Origin: Lama glama
Lineage: Eukaryota
NCBI GenBank assembly: GCA_028534125.1
Contig: CM052816.1
Span: forward strand, 42,410,001-42,474,000
DNA: 64,000 nucleotides
Direction of reading: 5' to 3'
Shown here: one piece after another, positions 1 through 12,770 of the stretch
Numbering within the stretch: position 1 is the stretch's first letter
How the letters are laid out: every line of letters begins with the position of its first letter
Made by a program: the position numbers and the translations under genes
The notes under the pieces: model-generated
Told to the model about the DNA's origin: nothing
Database searches by the model: none
Seen by the model: the letters and a program-made list of their open reading frames with translations, nothing else

Positions 1-1750
1 TCTCTTGCCCCATGGCCACTGCCAGTCTCTTTACAAAGACTATTGAGATCATCAGCGTGAACTTCCTCTACATCTCACACCTCCCCTGCCCACACTTTCA
101 TCTATTTTTATCTGTACCCATATGTGCCAGCTTTCTTCTCATTCCAGAGGAAATGACCTCCCTTTTTTAGTTCCTAACTAATTCCTTCACCTGTGCTGGC
201 AAATTCCATGCCTCCCACACAGTTCAGAATCACCCTTATTCTTTCTCTCTCTAGCTTGGTTACTTCCCTGAACACCTAAGAATTCATTTGTAAAACCAAC
301 AAACAAAATTCCATCATCTCTATTTTTCTCCTTCCCCTCACTAAAAGGACAGAGGGCAGTTCCACCCCATGTTGACTTCTTACCTCCTGTCCACTCTTCC
401 ACAGACTGCAGTGTGGATTCCAGACCTTACATTCCACTCAAGGGTCTCTCGTAAGACTGTAACACCACCCTCACACCCCACCCCCAGTTGCTAAATCCAA
501 TGCATTTTTTTTCTCCATGCAAACTTTAGCTGACCTCTTTGTGACAGGTAACACTATTAAGCACTTCCTTCCTCTTGAAATTTTCTTCTCTTGACTTACA
601 ATTCCTGCTTCTCCTCTTAACATGTATAACCATTTTCCTTTTCTCATCCCCCCTTTTTTGCCTCTTGTTCTGTTGTTGTACTCTTAAAATGCTCATGCTC
701 CTATGGCACTAACCTTGGCCTTCTAACTCATTACTCAGAGCGTATTTTCCTTAGAAAGTTCCACCTCCTCATCTTGGAGCCCCAACTCCCAATTCTTCCA
801 TAGAGCTACAGACCCATATAGCCAGCTGTCTTCTGGGCATCCAAAGGGTAACAAATCCCACACTGAGTTCATAATTCCCTTCATTCCCAACCTACCCACC
901 CCAAACCACTAACTTGACCCTCTTGATTTCTCTTTCTAATGAAAGGAATCACCATCTGCTTAATCCCACCCATGTAGGATCCCTGGGAATATGACAGCTC
1001 TCCCACATTCATTCAATCTGTCCCTGAGGCTTATACAATCAACCTCCTTAACATCATTGCCATCTATTCCCTCCCTCTCCATTCCCATTGCTTCTGCCTT
1101 AATTCAGACTCTTTTCATCATTAAAAATGAGTAAGAACTATGTTTGCTGAGAGCACTATATGCTGGGAACTTAACATACACAATAATCACAAAGAAGAAT
1201 AATGTACAAAGGTACTATTATCCATATTTTTACAGATGAAAAAATTAAGACCCAGAGAAGAAAAACAGCCTCCCAAGCTCACACAGTCCAGAAGTGGCAG
1301 AGCCAGGGTCTATCCAAATTTAAGTCTTCCTAGCTCCAAAGTTCACAACTTCTCTTCCATTTTATTAACCTCCTGTGGCAATAGCTTTCTAACTGGTTTC
1401 CCTACATCTTGTCTCACATTCCAAGTCCAATCCAATCTACGATGCAGACAAAACCAGTGTTCCTTTTTTAAAAATTAGTTTTATTGTGAAAATAACACAT
1501 ATTCAGAAAATGTTTACAAAATAAGGGCAGCTTAAATTATTATAAAGTCATCTTTCTAAAATGCAAATCTAATTTTATTTCTGACATTTTCCTAACCTTT
1601 TCAAAGTCTCTCTGCTGCCCTTTGGGTAAAATGAAACCTTAGCAAAGTGCAGAGCGTCCTCCAGGATGTCACTTCAGCCTCATCTCCTGCCAGGCCAGAT
1701 ATCCCACCCTCCACTCCAGCCTCACAGGCTGCATCTCCATGCTCTGGACT
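1..1750 (+). mobile_element. L2 LINE remnant, interrupted by a MIR and a short L1 piece
   Basis: Typical L2 ORF2 3' motifs: ccagttgctaaatccaatg, gagctacagacccatatagccagctg, tctttctaaaatgcaaatct. Confidence 0.7.
1125..1355 (-). mobile_element. MIR SINE
   Basis: core ggtactattatccatatttttacagatgaaaaaattaagacccagaga. Confidence 0.85.
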
Positions 1751-1870
1751 TTGATCTTACCTGGATCCCAACAAAGAATCTGAGGTGTGTTCCTCTCTAC
1801 TCCTTGCTTTACCCCCTACATTAGATACCTCTTTTGCTTTTCAGAAATTATGTCTGACTGCTCTTTTCAG

Positions 1871-2146
1871 AAGATGCTGTATCTATAGAGAAAAGGACTC
1901 TTGGCAACATTGCAGGGCCAAAGCAGTGCAACTCATAAAAGGCTTCAGTGTTCACATGGACCATCAGAACCAGTGAAGTTCTGACATATGTAAGACATGT
2001 CTACTCTGTCCAAAAAAAAAGGAAGATTTGAGGCAATCATCACTTATAGTGGGTAGGAGGAAGGACTCTACTTTGACTAAAGACTACAATACAGCAATTT
2101 CTACCCACAGCCCCTTACCACCCCAAAATTCCAGTCAAACCAGTTG
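1871..2146 (+). pseudogene. Decayed exon-like segment, copy 1 (possible Ig V-type domain relic)
   Basis: ctcttttcag acceptor, TTG|gtaatg donor, 276 nt; clearly homologous to 3567-3853; all plus-strand frames interrupted. Confidence 0.35.
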
Positions 2147-2179
2147 GTAATGTTGATTTATTATTATTGCCATTATTTT

Positions 2180-2615
2180 ATGTAACCCATCTAGCTGTGC
2201 CAGCTAGAACCCTCAGACACATCCTTGACATGTCCCTCCCTGCCCCCTCAACCTATCACAATGTCCTATTTTGCTTCCTAAACTATCTTTTGAAGCTACC
2301 CACACTGCTAGCCATCTCCAGCATTACTTTCCTCAGGCAAGCTATCCTTGTCTCTCAGCTGAAGTACTGAGATAGCCTCCTAGCTAGTTCACAGAATACA
2401 GTTTGACTTCTCAGCCAGTCTTTATTTTGGAGCTAGTTAACTGCAAAACACAGATATGATCATACCACCACCCCACCCCCATCCCTGCATGATTAAGTTT
2501 TTAATGTCTTTACTTTGATAACAAAGTCAATGTTCTTCAATATTCCCAGCACCTAGAACAAGATTTGGCACACAGTAGGCACTCAAAACACTTTCCTTAA
2601 ATGAATGAATGAATA
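2180..2615 (+). mobile_element. L2 3' fragment
   Basis: ends cacctagaacaagatttggcacacagtaggcactcaa...tgaatgaatgaat. Confidence 0.75.
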
Positions 2616-2699
2616 TAGCCTTCATCTATAATCTTTTTTTCTTTAATCAAGAATTCCTATTCTCTTGACTTTCTTTCTGTTCTATGTTCCCACTGTTCA

Positions 2700-3066
2700 C
2701 TTGGTTTTTCCCTCTGTTTTTCATCCTCTTCCTTTCTCCCTTCACTAAGTTAATTCCTACCTCTTACTTCAGTTCAGAATGTAACTGTCATGTCTCCAGA
2801 GCAGCCTTCCCTTACCAACCCAACTAGTCCAAAGTCCTTCTTATAGGCTTTCATTGCCTCATGAGCCTCTTTTCCACAGTGCTTGTTACATTTCCAGTTC
2901 TATATGTGCTTGAGTAATTATTTTACTGATGTCCCCTGCCCTGCTAGCCTGTAGCACTATGAAGGCAAGACTGTGTCTGTTTTCCCTAATCAACATATCC
3001 CAGGCACTTAGCACAGCGTTTGACACTCAGGAGACATTCAATAAGTAGTGAACAGATTAATAAATG
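2700..3066 (+). mobile_element. L2 3' end
   Basis: ctgtagcactatgaaggcaagactgtgtctg...cttagcacagcgtttgacact...cattcaataa. Confidence 0.75.
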
Positions 3067-3566
3067 CATTATAAATTAATGTACAGAGTGCTCATCCCTT
3101 TTACAATTTCAATATTGAGCTGAAACCTAGAAGCTCATTTGAGAGTCAAATCGCAGAAGATAGTTCTCTTCCCACTTTTTTTTCTTTGAAAGTCCTAATG
3201 AAGTTCAAAGTACAACTGCTGAATTGCCAGGACACAATGCTTTTAAATATTATTTCATCTGAATTGTTACAGGACAACTGTACTTTTTAAAAAGATACCT
3301 TTTCTGGGTTTTGAGAACCAAAAAATAAACATGGAGGCAAGTTTTGCAATAATTAGCCTGAATAAAATAAAATCTCTCTAACCTAAAGTAAGACCTCTCA
3401 TAGTACCAATGAATGACTGTTTTGAAGAAATCACTGTTTTAAGCAACAATTCATGTAGTCAATATGCCTGTCATTCCTAGGAAAATTAAACCATGAAGTC
3501 ATATAGTTTTTAAATGATTGATGTTAATATATCTTTTTAAGGAACTAGGTTTTATTACACTTTTAG

Positions 3567-3853
3567 TAAGATGCTTTGTCGAAAGGAAAAGAGATCTCTT
3601 GCCACATTGCAGGCCAAAGGCAATACAGTCCATTGTAAATACTACCACCTACTTGGAAATCAATCATCAGAAACGGAGAAGTCCTAACAGACTTAGGGTA
3701 TAACTTTCTTCTCTGACGTGGAGATGTGATGCCATCATTTTAACTTCTGGATAATTTATGGTGGTGTGGAGATGGAGTATAGAGTCGTCTTTGGTTAAAG
3801 ACCATGCCAGAGTTGTTCCCAACTCTACCCAACAATTCAGGTGTAGAACTGAG
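3567..3853 (+). pseudogene. Decayed exon-like segment, copy 2 (possible Ig V-type domain relic)
   Basis: acacttttag acceptor; fragments IAGQ-x-TVHCKY and DNLWWCG across frameshifts. Confidence 0.35.
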
Positions 3854-4029
3854 TTAATACTTATGATACTCTAGCCTTATAGGTTGGTGCTAGGTCCCTC
3901 CCTTGTATTTATTTCTTTTATTCAAGATCCCCTCAACCATTTCCCTCCTATGGTAAGCACTCACTCTAATATACTTACTACATATATCATGGGGTATGTG
4001 CATGTCCTTATAAAGCACAAACACTGGCC

Positions 4030-4735
4030 TATAGGCCATCTATGATCTGGTGCCAACTAAGTCTGACTTCATCTCCCCCCACTCTCACAATCTCACTCTA
4101 CTTAGGCCACCCCAACCTCCTAGCTATTTCTTGAACTTACTATGCACACCTCAGGGCCTTTGTACCTGCTATTTCTTCTACCCAACACACTCATTGCTAA
4201 CATATCCACATGGCTCACTCACTTCCTTCATGTCTCTGTTCAAACATTGCTTAATTTTTTAAAGGGGGAAGGGAAAAAACTTTCCCTAATCATTCTATTG
4301 AAAAGCATAATCCCCCTTGTCACTTTCTGTCTCTGTATTTTGGATTTTCTTAGTTGCAGTTGTTGTCACCTGAGATAGTTTTTGTACCTATCTTTGTTTT
4401 TTGTCTTTCTCCTTCACTGGAATGAGAGGCGATAGGGCATCCTGGTTAAAAGCCAGACCCTAGAGTTAGAGTTACTGGGCTTGCATTCTCACCCTACCAC
4501 TTACTATGTGATCTTCAGCAGGTAGCCTGGTCCTCCATTTCCTTCATTCAAAATGGGGATGATGATAGTGTCCACTGCATATGGTTACAATCTGATCTGG
4601 CACACAATCTACGCTATTTAGTATTACCTGCTGTTACTATTATTACATTTATTTTTGTTACTAGAATTAAGCTCCATGGAGACACGGACTGAGTTTTCTT
4701 TGTATTCTCATTAATTAAATAAATAAATAAATAAA
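4030..4735 (+). mobile_element. L2 3' fragment containing a MIR (~4425-4640)
   Basis: cctcagggcctttgtacctgct; MIR ccacttactatgtgatctt...aaaatggggatgatgatagt. Confidence 0.7.
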
Positions 4736-4759
4736 TGCTATTTTGCATGTGTATGATTT

Positions 4760-5380
4760 TTTAAAGAAAAAATTTTAAGTATAAGATGCATATAGAAAAC
4801 TGAACATCACAATTGTACAGCTCTGTGAATTTTCACAAATAAACCCATGAAACTATCACCCATGTTAAGAAATAAAACATTACCAGCCCACCAGAAATCC
4901 ATTCCAATAACTATGACCCTCTCCCCAAAAGTTACCACTATCTTGACTCCTATCATTACAGATTAATTCTGCCTATTTTTGAAATTCGCATAAATAGAAT
5001 CATATAGTTGGAACTTTTTAGTAACTGCTTTCATTAGTTGTAGCACATAGCAGTCATTCATTCATTCTCACCACTGTATAATATTCCAGTGAACACTGTA
5101 CGATAGTCCGTTACTGTCTTCTAATGTAGAACTATACCATAACTTACTTACCCATTCTCTGGCTGCTGGACACTTGAGTGGCTGGTTTCCAGCTTATTAT
5201 GAATGGTGTTGCTCTAAATATTCTCAGATATGTGTGGTGCACATAGATATGCATATGTATCTGCCTAGGAGACTAATTTACTGGGAAGTAGGGCATACTT
5301 CTGTTTGGCTTTAGAAGATTCTGCCCAACAGTTTTCCCAAATGGTTGTACCAAATGTAATAGCAGTAGGTTAATGTTCCA
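4760..5380 (-). mobile_element. Old L1 (L1ME-like) 3' region
   Basis: tgtacagctctgtgaattttcacaaat, tttgaaattcgcataaatagaatcata, acagttttcccaaatggttgtacca. Confidence 0.75.
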
Positions 5381-5574
5381 GTGTTCACGTACTTTTAAGC
5401 AACATAAATATTGTACAATAGATTTTGTCCTCTTTCCCTCTGTTTTCACTGAAGACTATGCTTTTAAGATCTACATATGTTGCTCTACACTTATTTCCTC
5501 TAACTACTTCATAATATTTAACATTATGCTTTCATCAATTAAATTGTCTTTCTGACTTTTTTGGAATGGTGCTT

Positions 5575-6062
5575 GTCAGTGTACTAGGTGTTTGTTTGCC
5601 TGCCCACCACCCATTCCCCTCTTCTTCCACTCTGATAACCACCCATGTTCATTGACATGGACAAATGGTCCAGTCCCAGCCCCCAGAGTGACTCTTAGGT
5701 CATTCAAACCAATCACAGTACTTTTATTTCCCTTATGACCTTGTTCTGGTCAATGAGACCTGAAGAGAAGTTTGTGCAGGATGGAAAACTGGGAAAGTTG
5801 CTTCTTCTGAAAAGGTTTCTTAGCTCTTCTACAGAAACACAAGGAAGAAATCCTCTTTTCTTACCTGGGCATTGGTGTGAGATTATGAGAGCTGGATCTG
5901 CTGCAGCCATCTTGTGACCAGGGAGGGAGCTGGATAAAAGATCGAAAAACTGAGTCCATCATGACAGTACTAAACCAGGAGCACCCTACCTCCAGACTTG
6001 TTAGATGAGAAAATCATATTAATCAGATTCTTTTTACTTGGCAACCAAAATGGTCCCATTAC
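5575..6062 (+). mobile_element. MaLR LTR (MLT1-type)
   Basis: gagctggatctgctgcagccatcttgtgacca; 3' end tttacttggcaaccaaaa. Confidence 0.7.
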
Positions 6063-7144
6063 AACAATTAAAACACTAGCATTTGCTTGTTCTTTAAAAG
6101 CAATTATATATTTGAAATGTATTCATATAACACTGTTTCTCAGACCCTTTACTTTGTTTTAACTAATTTCAATTTGATGATATTTATTGACTATAAGTTT
6201 AATTTTATGACACTGATCATCTAACAAACCAGTATCTATTTCAACTTACTGTTCAGCATTGTGCAACTTGTTCATTTATAATTTTAGAACACAGTTGACA
6301 TTGAACAAATATGGTCTGCTAATTAAAGGATATCATAATACATTTGAAATAGTGTTTTAACCTTGTAACTTAGAAAAACTATGTTAGCCCCAAATTTTCA
6401 AAATAATGTCATGTCTTCTATAATAAATATAGTTCATAAATTTTAGAGCAACTTTTATTCATTTTAATTTTTAGATAGGTAATTCATACATTGATATAAT
6501 AAACATGTCACTTACATGGATTCTTGATTTATTTGACAAGTTTTTTATAGGCTAATTATAATTTCAGTCTTTTATCTTCACACAATATAAAATAATATAA
6601 TGACACTTGCTGGAATGTATATTCTGCATTAGCCACTGAAACTGGGCCTTTGTAAATATGATTTAATTTTACTTCTAAGAGGTATTTTTATTCTAATTTT
6701 TAGCAGAATGAAATAAGGCTCAGAGAGGCAAACACAGCAAGTAAGGAGCATGGCTGGAATTTGAACCAAAATCTGTTGGATTATAAAATATGCTTTTAGC
6801 TACTTTGCTATATGATTCTTCTAATTTTTTACTGTGATAACTATATGTATATTTAATGCCATAACAAAGTTTTAGCCCTTTAAAATAAGCTAAAATAATA
6901 ATTATAAGTAATATCTAACATTTATTGGGCACTTCCTGTGTCCTATGCAATTGTTCTAAGTGTTTTAAACATATTAACCAATTTACACTTTGCCAAATTT
7001 ATCTTCAGATTAATAGTGATTTGGGAATAAACAGAGCAGCCTTTAAAAAAGCAGGAATCTTAAAATTAATTAATATTCTGATCATATTTAACATAGAGAT
7101 AAACTGGAGGACAATAACTGTTTTATGTCATTTGGGAACTTCTT

Positions 7145-7685
7145 CTATTGTAATGGACCAAAAAGTCCCAAACCAAACTGACTTATGCCAAAAAGATAAT
7201 AGTGACTTAAGTAGTTGAGAAATCTCCAGAGGCAGAGCTCTTCCAAGTAGGGATAGATTCTGGCCTCCGTAATGCTCCACAGCTCATTTTTTCCCCATCT
7301 TTTCACTCTATTTTTATCAGCTACCCCCATTTTGTTGGCTTCTTTCTCATACTCTAGTTGGTGGTTCCTAGCACCACCAAGTTCTCCCCTTCTGATGACA
7401 AGATAAGAGGCAGCAGCTCCCACCTCACATATACCCAAATTCAAGGCCAGAGGGACTTTTCTAACAGTCTTAGAATTACTCTGATTGCCCCGGCTTAAGT
7501 TACTCCCCATTGAAATTATTCCGTGGCAAAGGAGATGCAGTTTCCTTAGTTTTGGTTGTAAGTAAGGAGATTCTGGTGAGGGATATGAAACTCACTGATT
7601 GCCTTAGGCCAGAGTCACTGACTCTATCTCTAGATCCAAAGGTAGAAAGGTGAGTCCTTGGAGGAAAATCAATGGAACAAATGCT
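7145..7685 (-). mobile_element. MaLR LTR (MLT1-type)
   Basis: cccaaaccaaactgacttatgccaaaaag...cagcagctccc...ctctgattgccc. Confidence 0.55.
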
Positions 7686-7774
7686 ATTGTAGATGGTCCC
7701 CCAATGAACCACACTTTCTGTTTTTCACATCTTTTGTAGTCCCTTTCCCTCAAATCTGGGTCCTATACCTAACT

Positions 7775-8775
7775 TTTTTTTAATAGATCTTATTTTTAAG
7801 AAAAGTTTTAGATCTATAGGAAAAATGAGGCCATAGTACACACGGTTCTTACATTCCCCCTCACCAATTTCTCCTATTATTAACATCTTATATTTGCATG
7901 GTACATTTGCTACAATTCATGAAAACCTATTAATACATTAATACATTATTATTAACTGAAGTCCATAGTAATCCATTCAGATTTCCTTGGTTTCTGCCTA
8001 ATACCTTTTTCTGCTCTGGATACCATCCAGGGTACCATATTACATTGATTTGTCATTGTCCTTTGGTTCCTCTTAGCTGTGACAGTTTTTCAGAATTTCT
8101 TATTTTTTGATGATCTTGACAGTTTTGTCTTTTTTTTTGAAGGGGGGTGGTAATTAGGTTGTTTTTTTTTTTTAATGGAGGTACTGGGGATTAAACCCAG
8201 CACCTCATGCGTGCTAAGCACACAATCTACCATTGAACTAGACTCTCCCCATTGATGACCTTGACAGTTTTGAGGGATTGATCAAGTATTTTGTAGGATG
8301 TCCTTCTATTGGAACTTGTCTGGTGCTTTTCCCACAGTTAGACTGGGGTTATGGATTTTTGGAATGAAGAGCACAGAAGTGCCATTTTCATCACAAGATA
8401 TCAAGAATATATACTGTCAACACAATTTATCGCTGTTGTTACTAACATTGAACATATTTCTGAGATCCTTTTTCTTTCCCACCTTCCATTCTGCACTCTG
8501 AAAGGAAGTCATTATGAGCAGCACACACTTAAAGAATAAGGATTCATGCTTCCCCTTCTTGAGGGTGGAATATCTACATACTATTTGGAATTCCATTTCA
8601 AGGGAGATTTGTCTTTTCTCCCACATATATTTATTTATTCATTTATTTATATCAGGATGAACTCAACAGATCCCTGTCCTATACTTCGTGTTATAATCCA
8701 ATACTATGTTATTTATTTTATTGGTCAAATTGTCCCTGCTTTGGCTGTTGGAAGCTCTACTAGTTGGTATCTGTG
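7775..8775 (-). mobile_element. L1 (L1MB/MC-like) 3' UTR
   Basis: atttctcctattattaacatcttatatttgcatggtacatttg; agcacagaagtgccattttcatcaca. Confidence 0.8.
8128..8251 (-). mobile_element. Camelid tRNA-derived SINE (Vic-1-like)
   Basis: ggaggtactggggattaaacccagcacctcatgcgtgctaagca; 21-bp TSD ttgatga(t/c)cttgacagttttg at 8107-8127 and 8252-8272. Confidence 0.9.
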
Positions 8776-10394
8776 TATGACTAGTCTTTTACCAACTGAA
8801 TGAAACAAAAGTGATGCTGCATGGCTTCCAAAGCTAGGCTGTAAAAAAAACCTTGCAGCTTCTATAAGAGTCTCTTGAACCTTTACCCTAGGAGAAACAG
8901 CCACCATAAGAATTCTAACTACCCTGAGATTGTAATGCTGTGTGGAATCCCAATGTAGCCACGTGAAGAGAGAGAGAGAGAGATCACTTTCTAGCTCTTC
9001 CAGCCATTCTAGCTGAGGAGCCAAATATGTGAGTCAAGAAGTCATCTGAGATGTCCGACTCCCTCAAGCCTTCAAATTACTTAGACCTCAGACAACATCT
9101 GACTGCAACCATTTGAGAGGCTCCAAGCAAGAATTTCAAGCTCAGTTGAGCCCAGCCAACCTACAGAACAATTAATGAGGGATAGCAGTGAATTGCTGTT
9201 TCAAGTCATTAAATTGGGCGGGGGGGGGGGCAGTTATGATGTAGTAAAAGATACCTGAACCAGATGCAAAATTCTACTAGATGGATGTTAAATCTCAAAC
9301 TGGATCAAGTTTTATTAAACAGCATATAGAGAAGACTTTCTTGTTTTATCACCCTGAAGAAATCATTTATCGAGACATATGTGACAAACTGTTAATGAAC
9401 CTCTTTCTTATCAAATAAAGTTATTTAACCTCTGAGGCTCTTGAGGTAACATTCTGGTCAGAAACATTGCTCCACACGAGTAGTTAGGCTTCCTCAAAAT
9501 ATTAGTGTCGATTCAAAACCAGTAATATTAGTCTTGAATAACTCTGCCGCCTGACTAACAATTAGTCAAAGAAAAGTAGGCTTCAGAATAGAATTTTCAG
9601 GAAGCAGAATCTTTAAGAATCTAGAAACCTGAAATATTTCCCAGTGTCATGGTGGGAAATATATTTCTACATTTGAGACAATCTAAATTTCTATTGGCAC
9701 TTTTACAGGGGCATGTGGGGAACACAGTTCTCCATTCTATCTCCATTCTACTAGAGGGCAGAACATGTTGCTTTTCTACATAAACTATACACTTCCAGGC
9801 GTCAAATGTGGGCCAGGGTCAGAGGGCTGGAGGAAATGGGGGCATGGTGAGGAAAGAAGCCAAAATATACTTTTAGAAGAGATAAGTGTCCATATTAGCT
9901 TACCAGATTAAAGGAGGCTGTCAAATCATTTTTTTTTCTTCAAGGGGAGATATATTGGATTTCTGTTTTATTCCTGGTTCCCCTCTTCTCTTTATTCATA
10001 TTTCCTATCTCTCATTGAGAACAGTTAGATCTCATTTTATTTGCAAATATATTTAAGCTTCATTAATATGGATTCATTTTATTTAGATTTGAAGTAACTG
10101 ACTTGGTTTGGGTTTAAGTTTATCCTTAGTAATATATAAAGTATTTGCCTAATAAATCAATAGAACAAACAAGGCTAAAAAGGGTTTATTTCAAAATAGT
10201 TAAGATCAAAATATTTTTTGGTCTTAAACATTACTGTGTGTCTATAAATAAATTTTGCTAATCCGCAAGCAAGTCTTACCTATGCACTGGAAATTCAACT
10301 TGGAAACACATATTAATTAGTTTAAGTTGCCAAAATAATAAAAAGATATTTCTTTTTAAATATTCACCAAGAAGGGCCACTAGAATCGAGACAA

Positions 10395-10483
10395 AAAGGT
10401 TCCTTGAGACCAGAGACCAAGTCCTGCACATGAAGCCTGGGCCTTAGGAGGCATTCAATAAATGTGAACTGAATGAATGAATC
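10395..10483 (+). mobile_element. L2 3' terminus
   Basis: gaggcattcaataaatgtgaactgaatgaatgaat. Confidence 0.7.
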
Positions 10484-10504
10484 AAAGATTCAAATTTCAA
10501 TAAT

Positions 10505-10965
10505 TGAAGTTTAGGAATCTGTTTAACAGAGAGGTCTCAAATGGCAGTTCATGGGCCAAATTCAGTCCAGATTCTTGTCTGGTTCAGACTGAATATTGTT
10601 ATATTTTATTTTTTTAAAAAACGATCTTAAATTCATTTGGTTAAAAAAGGTATACAGTGAAAAGTCTCGCCCACCGTTATGTCTTACCTACCCATCTGCC
10701 CCCAACTTCTCTCAAGGTAATCTTTTATTAGTTTTGTGTATATTCTTCTAGTTTCTTTAGGCAAATGATAAGAAAATATGCATAGATAATTTTAAGTTCC
10801 TCTTTTTTACACAAAGGTAGAATATTATACATACTGCTTTTTATCTTGTTTTTTCCACCAAATTTACACTTGGAGATCTTTTTTCCTACCACCCTAAACT
10901 AGTCAAAATTTTATTCATTGCATTTCATGCCCAGCCATGGAAGGCATTTGAATTACAGCCAGAGT
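10505..10965. mobile_element. hAT-Charlie MITE (MER102/MER58-like) interrupted by an L1 fragment (~10600-10885)
   Basis: catgggccaaattcagtcc and gaaggcatttgaatt ends; L1-like tacagtgaaaagtctc, ttttacacaaaggtag. Confidence 0.5.
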
Positions 10966-11155
10966 AATACTATCAAAGGCAGAGTGGGAGAGACTTGTTT
11001 TGCCCAGTTCATCACACCAAAGTAGCTGAGCAGAGGTGGGGAGGCCACTATACAGTCAGATGTCTTAAACATAGTGAGCACATCCTACATATGAGTTACA
11101 GTGAATGAACTGCAATATAACATTCACAGAACATAACAGCCCCACTCCCCACTTT

Positions 11156-11210
11156 ACAGACACACAGACAGACAGACAGACAAGACACACACACACACAC
11201 ACACACACAC
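11156..11210. repeat. (GACA)n/(CA)n microsatellite
   Basis: direct observation. Confidence 0.95.
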
Positions 11211-11349
11211 TGACCTAGAAAAGCTAAATCAGTGACAATGCCAGAATTTGTGAGAAAAATATCAACACTTCCCTCCCTTTACTCTCATTGCCCAATCCCT
11301 CCAGGCCAACTCCCTACATTACACTTTCCAAAGGTAAATTCATCAGATG

Positions 11350-11490
11350 TAGTGTTTCCCAGACTTGTCTAATGCCCAGAATTTTAGGAGTCTTTGTTAA
11401 AACTTTGGGTTTCTAGCCTCATCCCTTGGATATTCTTATCTAGGTCTGAATCTTTGCTTTTAGGATCAAAACATTTGGGAAAACTGTTTT
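11350..11490. mobile_element. MER5-like hAT MITE
   Basis: agtgtttccca ... tttgggaaaactg inverted ends; tttgttaaaac. Confidence 0.5.
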
Positions 11491-11676
11491 AAGGTATTGC
11501 TAAATATATTCTCATGCCTGTGCTGAAACAGTGCTCTTAGGGGCAAGTAGCTATAATTAGATCCTGAGTACCTTATTAGATGTCTTTTCAAATGGCTATT
11601 TTAAATCAATCTTCTTTTAGGGAAGAGCTGCCCCAAGTTTTTCACTATGATAAACATGTAAAAAGTTAGTACTTAT

Positions 11677-11786
11677 TTGGCACATTGGAGGAGGTCACTG
11701 TCAGCCAGAAGCAACAGATTCAGAAGGATGGCAAGAAAAGAAATGGTATTTCACAGTACAATACTTGGTAAATTTTGTTTGAGCAT
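11677..11786 (-). pseudogene. Exon with RGS terminal helices (AQT/KIYQVLYCEIPFLFLPSF*)
   Basis: tttacctttctcctttccctcaag acceptor; decayed donor CAA|ataagt; restoring one A in ACAAAATT gives AQTKIYQVL, like RGS AQxKIYxLM. Confidence 0.55.
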
Positions 11787-11809
11787 CTTGAGGGAAAGGA
11801 GAAAGGTAA

Positions 11810-12030
11810 ATGGCATTTGTTTATCTCTGGTATGCCTGGCACTATACTTAAAATGACAAAGGTTTTTGTCTTGCATACAATCTACTGAGCGCAGACAGAT
11901 GTGTATTACTTCCTCCATTTTAAAGAAAAACAAACTGAGATAGTCAGATTTAGATCAAACCTCTCTCAAAAGCAGAGTCAAGAGCAACAATATGAACTGA
12001 TATCTCTGGCTCCCATGTCCAAACATTTTT
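11810..12030 (-). mobile_element. MIR SINE
   Basis: tatgcctggcactatact...cctccattttaaagaaaaacaaactgaga. Confidence 0.6.
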
Positions 12031-12176
12031 TTTTTTTTTTACTGTTGCCTCAAATGGTAACCAACACGTATCTCAAAGATTAAGAGATGTTCAAGAAAAG
12101 CTCAGACGACACAACTTCTCTTAGATATATTTTGGCTTCAACACTAGTCACTGAGTGCTCTGAACACAATCCTGTC

Positions 12177-12649
12177 TGTGGTAGCCAGTCTCCAAGATAG
12201 CCCCCTGCAACCCTGCCTCTTGGTGTTCACAGTCTGATATTCCTCCTCCCACATAATATTAGGATTGGTCTGTATGATCAATAAAATACAGCAGACACAA
12301 TGACATGTGACTTCAAGGCTAGGTCACTCCCTCTGGGGGAATCTAGCTCCCATGAGGTGAGGGGATTCGAGCGGCACCATGGAGAGGACCTCATGGTGGG
12401 GAATTTCCAGCAGTCATAGGAATAAGCCGTCTTGGAAGTAGTTCCTTCAGCACCAGTCAAGCCTTCAGGTGACTGCAGTCTCTGCTGATATTTTGATTGC
12501 AACTTCATGAGACACCTCGAGTCAGAGCCCCCCAGCTAATCTGCTCCCAGATTTCTGATTCACAGAAACTATGAGATAATAACATGTTTGTTGTTTTAAG
12601 CCACTAACTGTTGTAGTTAGCTGTTACACATCAATATATAACTAGTACA
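12177..12649 (+). mobile_element. MaLR LTR (MLT1F-like)
   Basis: tgtggtagccagtctccaagatagcccc ... tgttgttttaagccactaa...ataactagtaca. Confidence 0.85.
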
Positions 12650-12727
12650 GGTTTCTATTACATGGATAGAAAAAAACAAAACACAGTAGATTATGTGCCT
12701 CTGTTACACTGATAGATTCCATAGTCT

Positions 12728-12770
12728 GTCTACGGCCATACCACACTGAACGCACCCCATCTCATCCGAT
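12728..12770 (+). pseudogene. 5S rRNA 5'-end fragment (tailless retropseudogene)
   Basis: gtctacggccataccacactgaacgcaccccatctcatccgat matches nt 1-43 of mammalian 5S rRNA with ~5 mismatches; flanked by the imperfect direct repeat atag(at)tccatagtc. Confidence 0.9.

Larger units (their letters stand above)
7688..9262 (+). mobile_element. MaLR LTR (MLT1-type) split by an L1 insertion
   Basis: agatggtcccccaatgaacc; resumes aagtgatgctgcatggcttccaaagctagg; ends gctgtttcaagtcattaaattgg...atacctgaacca. Confidence 0.7.

Noticed and set aside
3130..3300. Minus-strand open stretch NSDEIIFKSIVSWQF...KKWEENYLLRFDSQMSF as a terminal exon
   Set aside because: No convincing acceptor and no recognisable homology
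10280..10298. Possible 19-nt micro-exon on the minus strand (tttccaag|...TAG|gtaaga)
   Set aside because: Good donor, but too short to evaluate and lies after the apparent stop in the preceding exon
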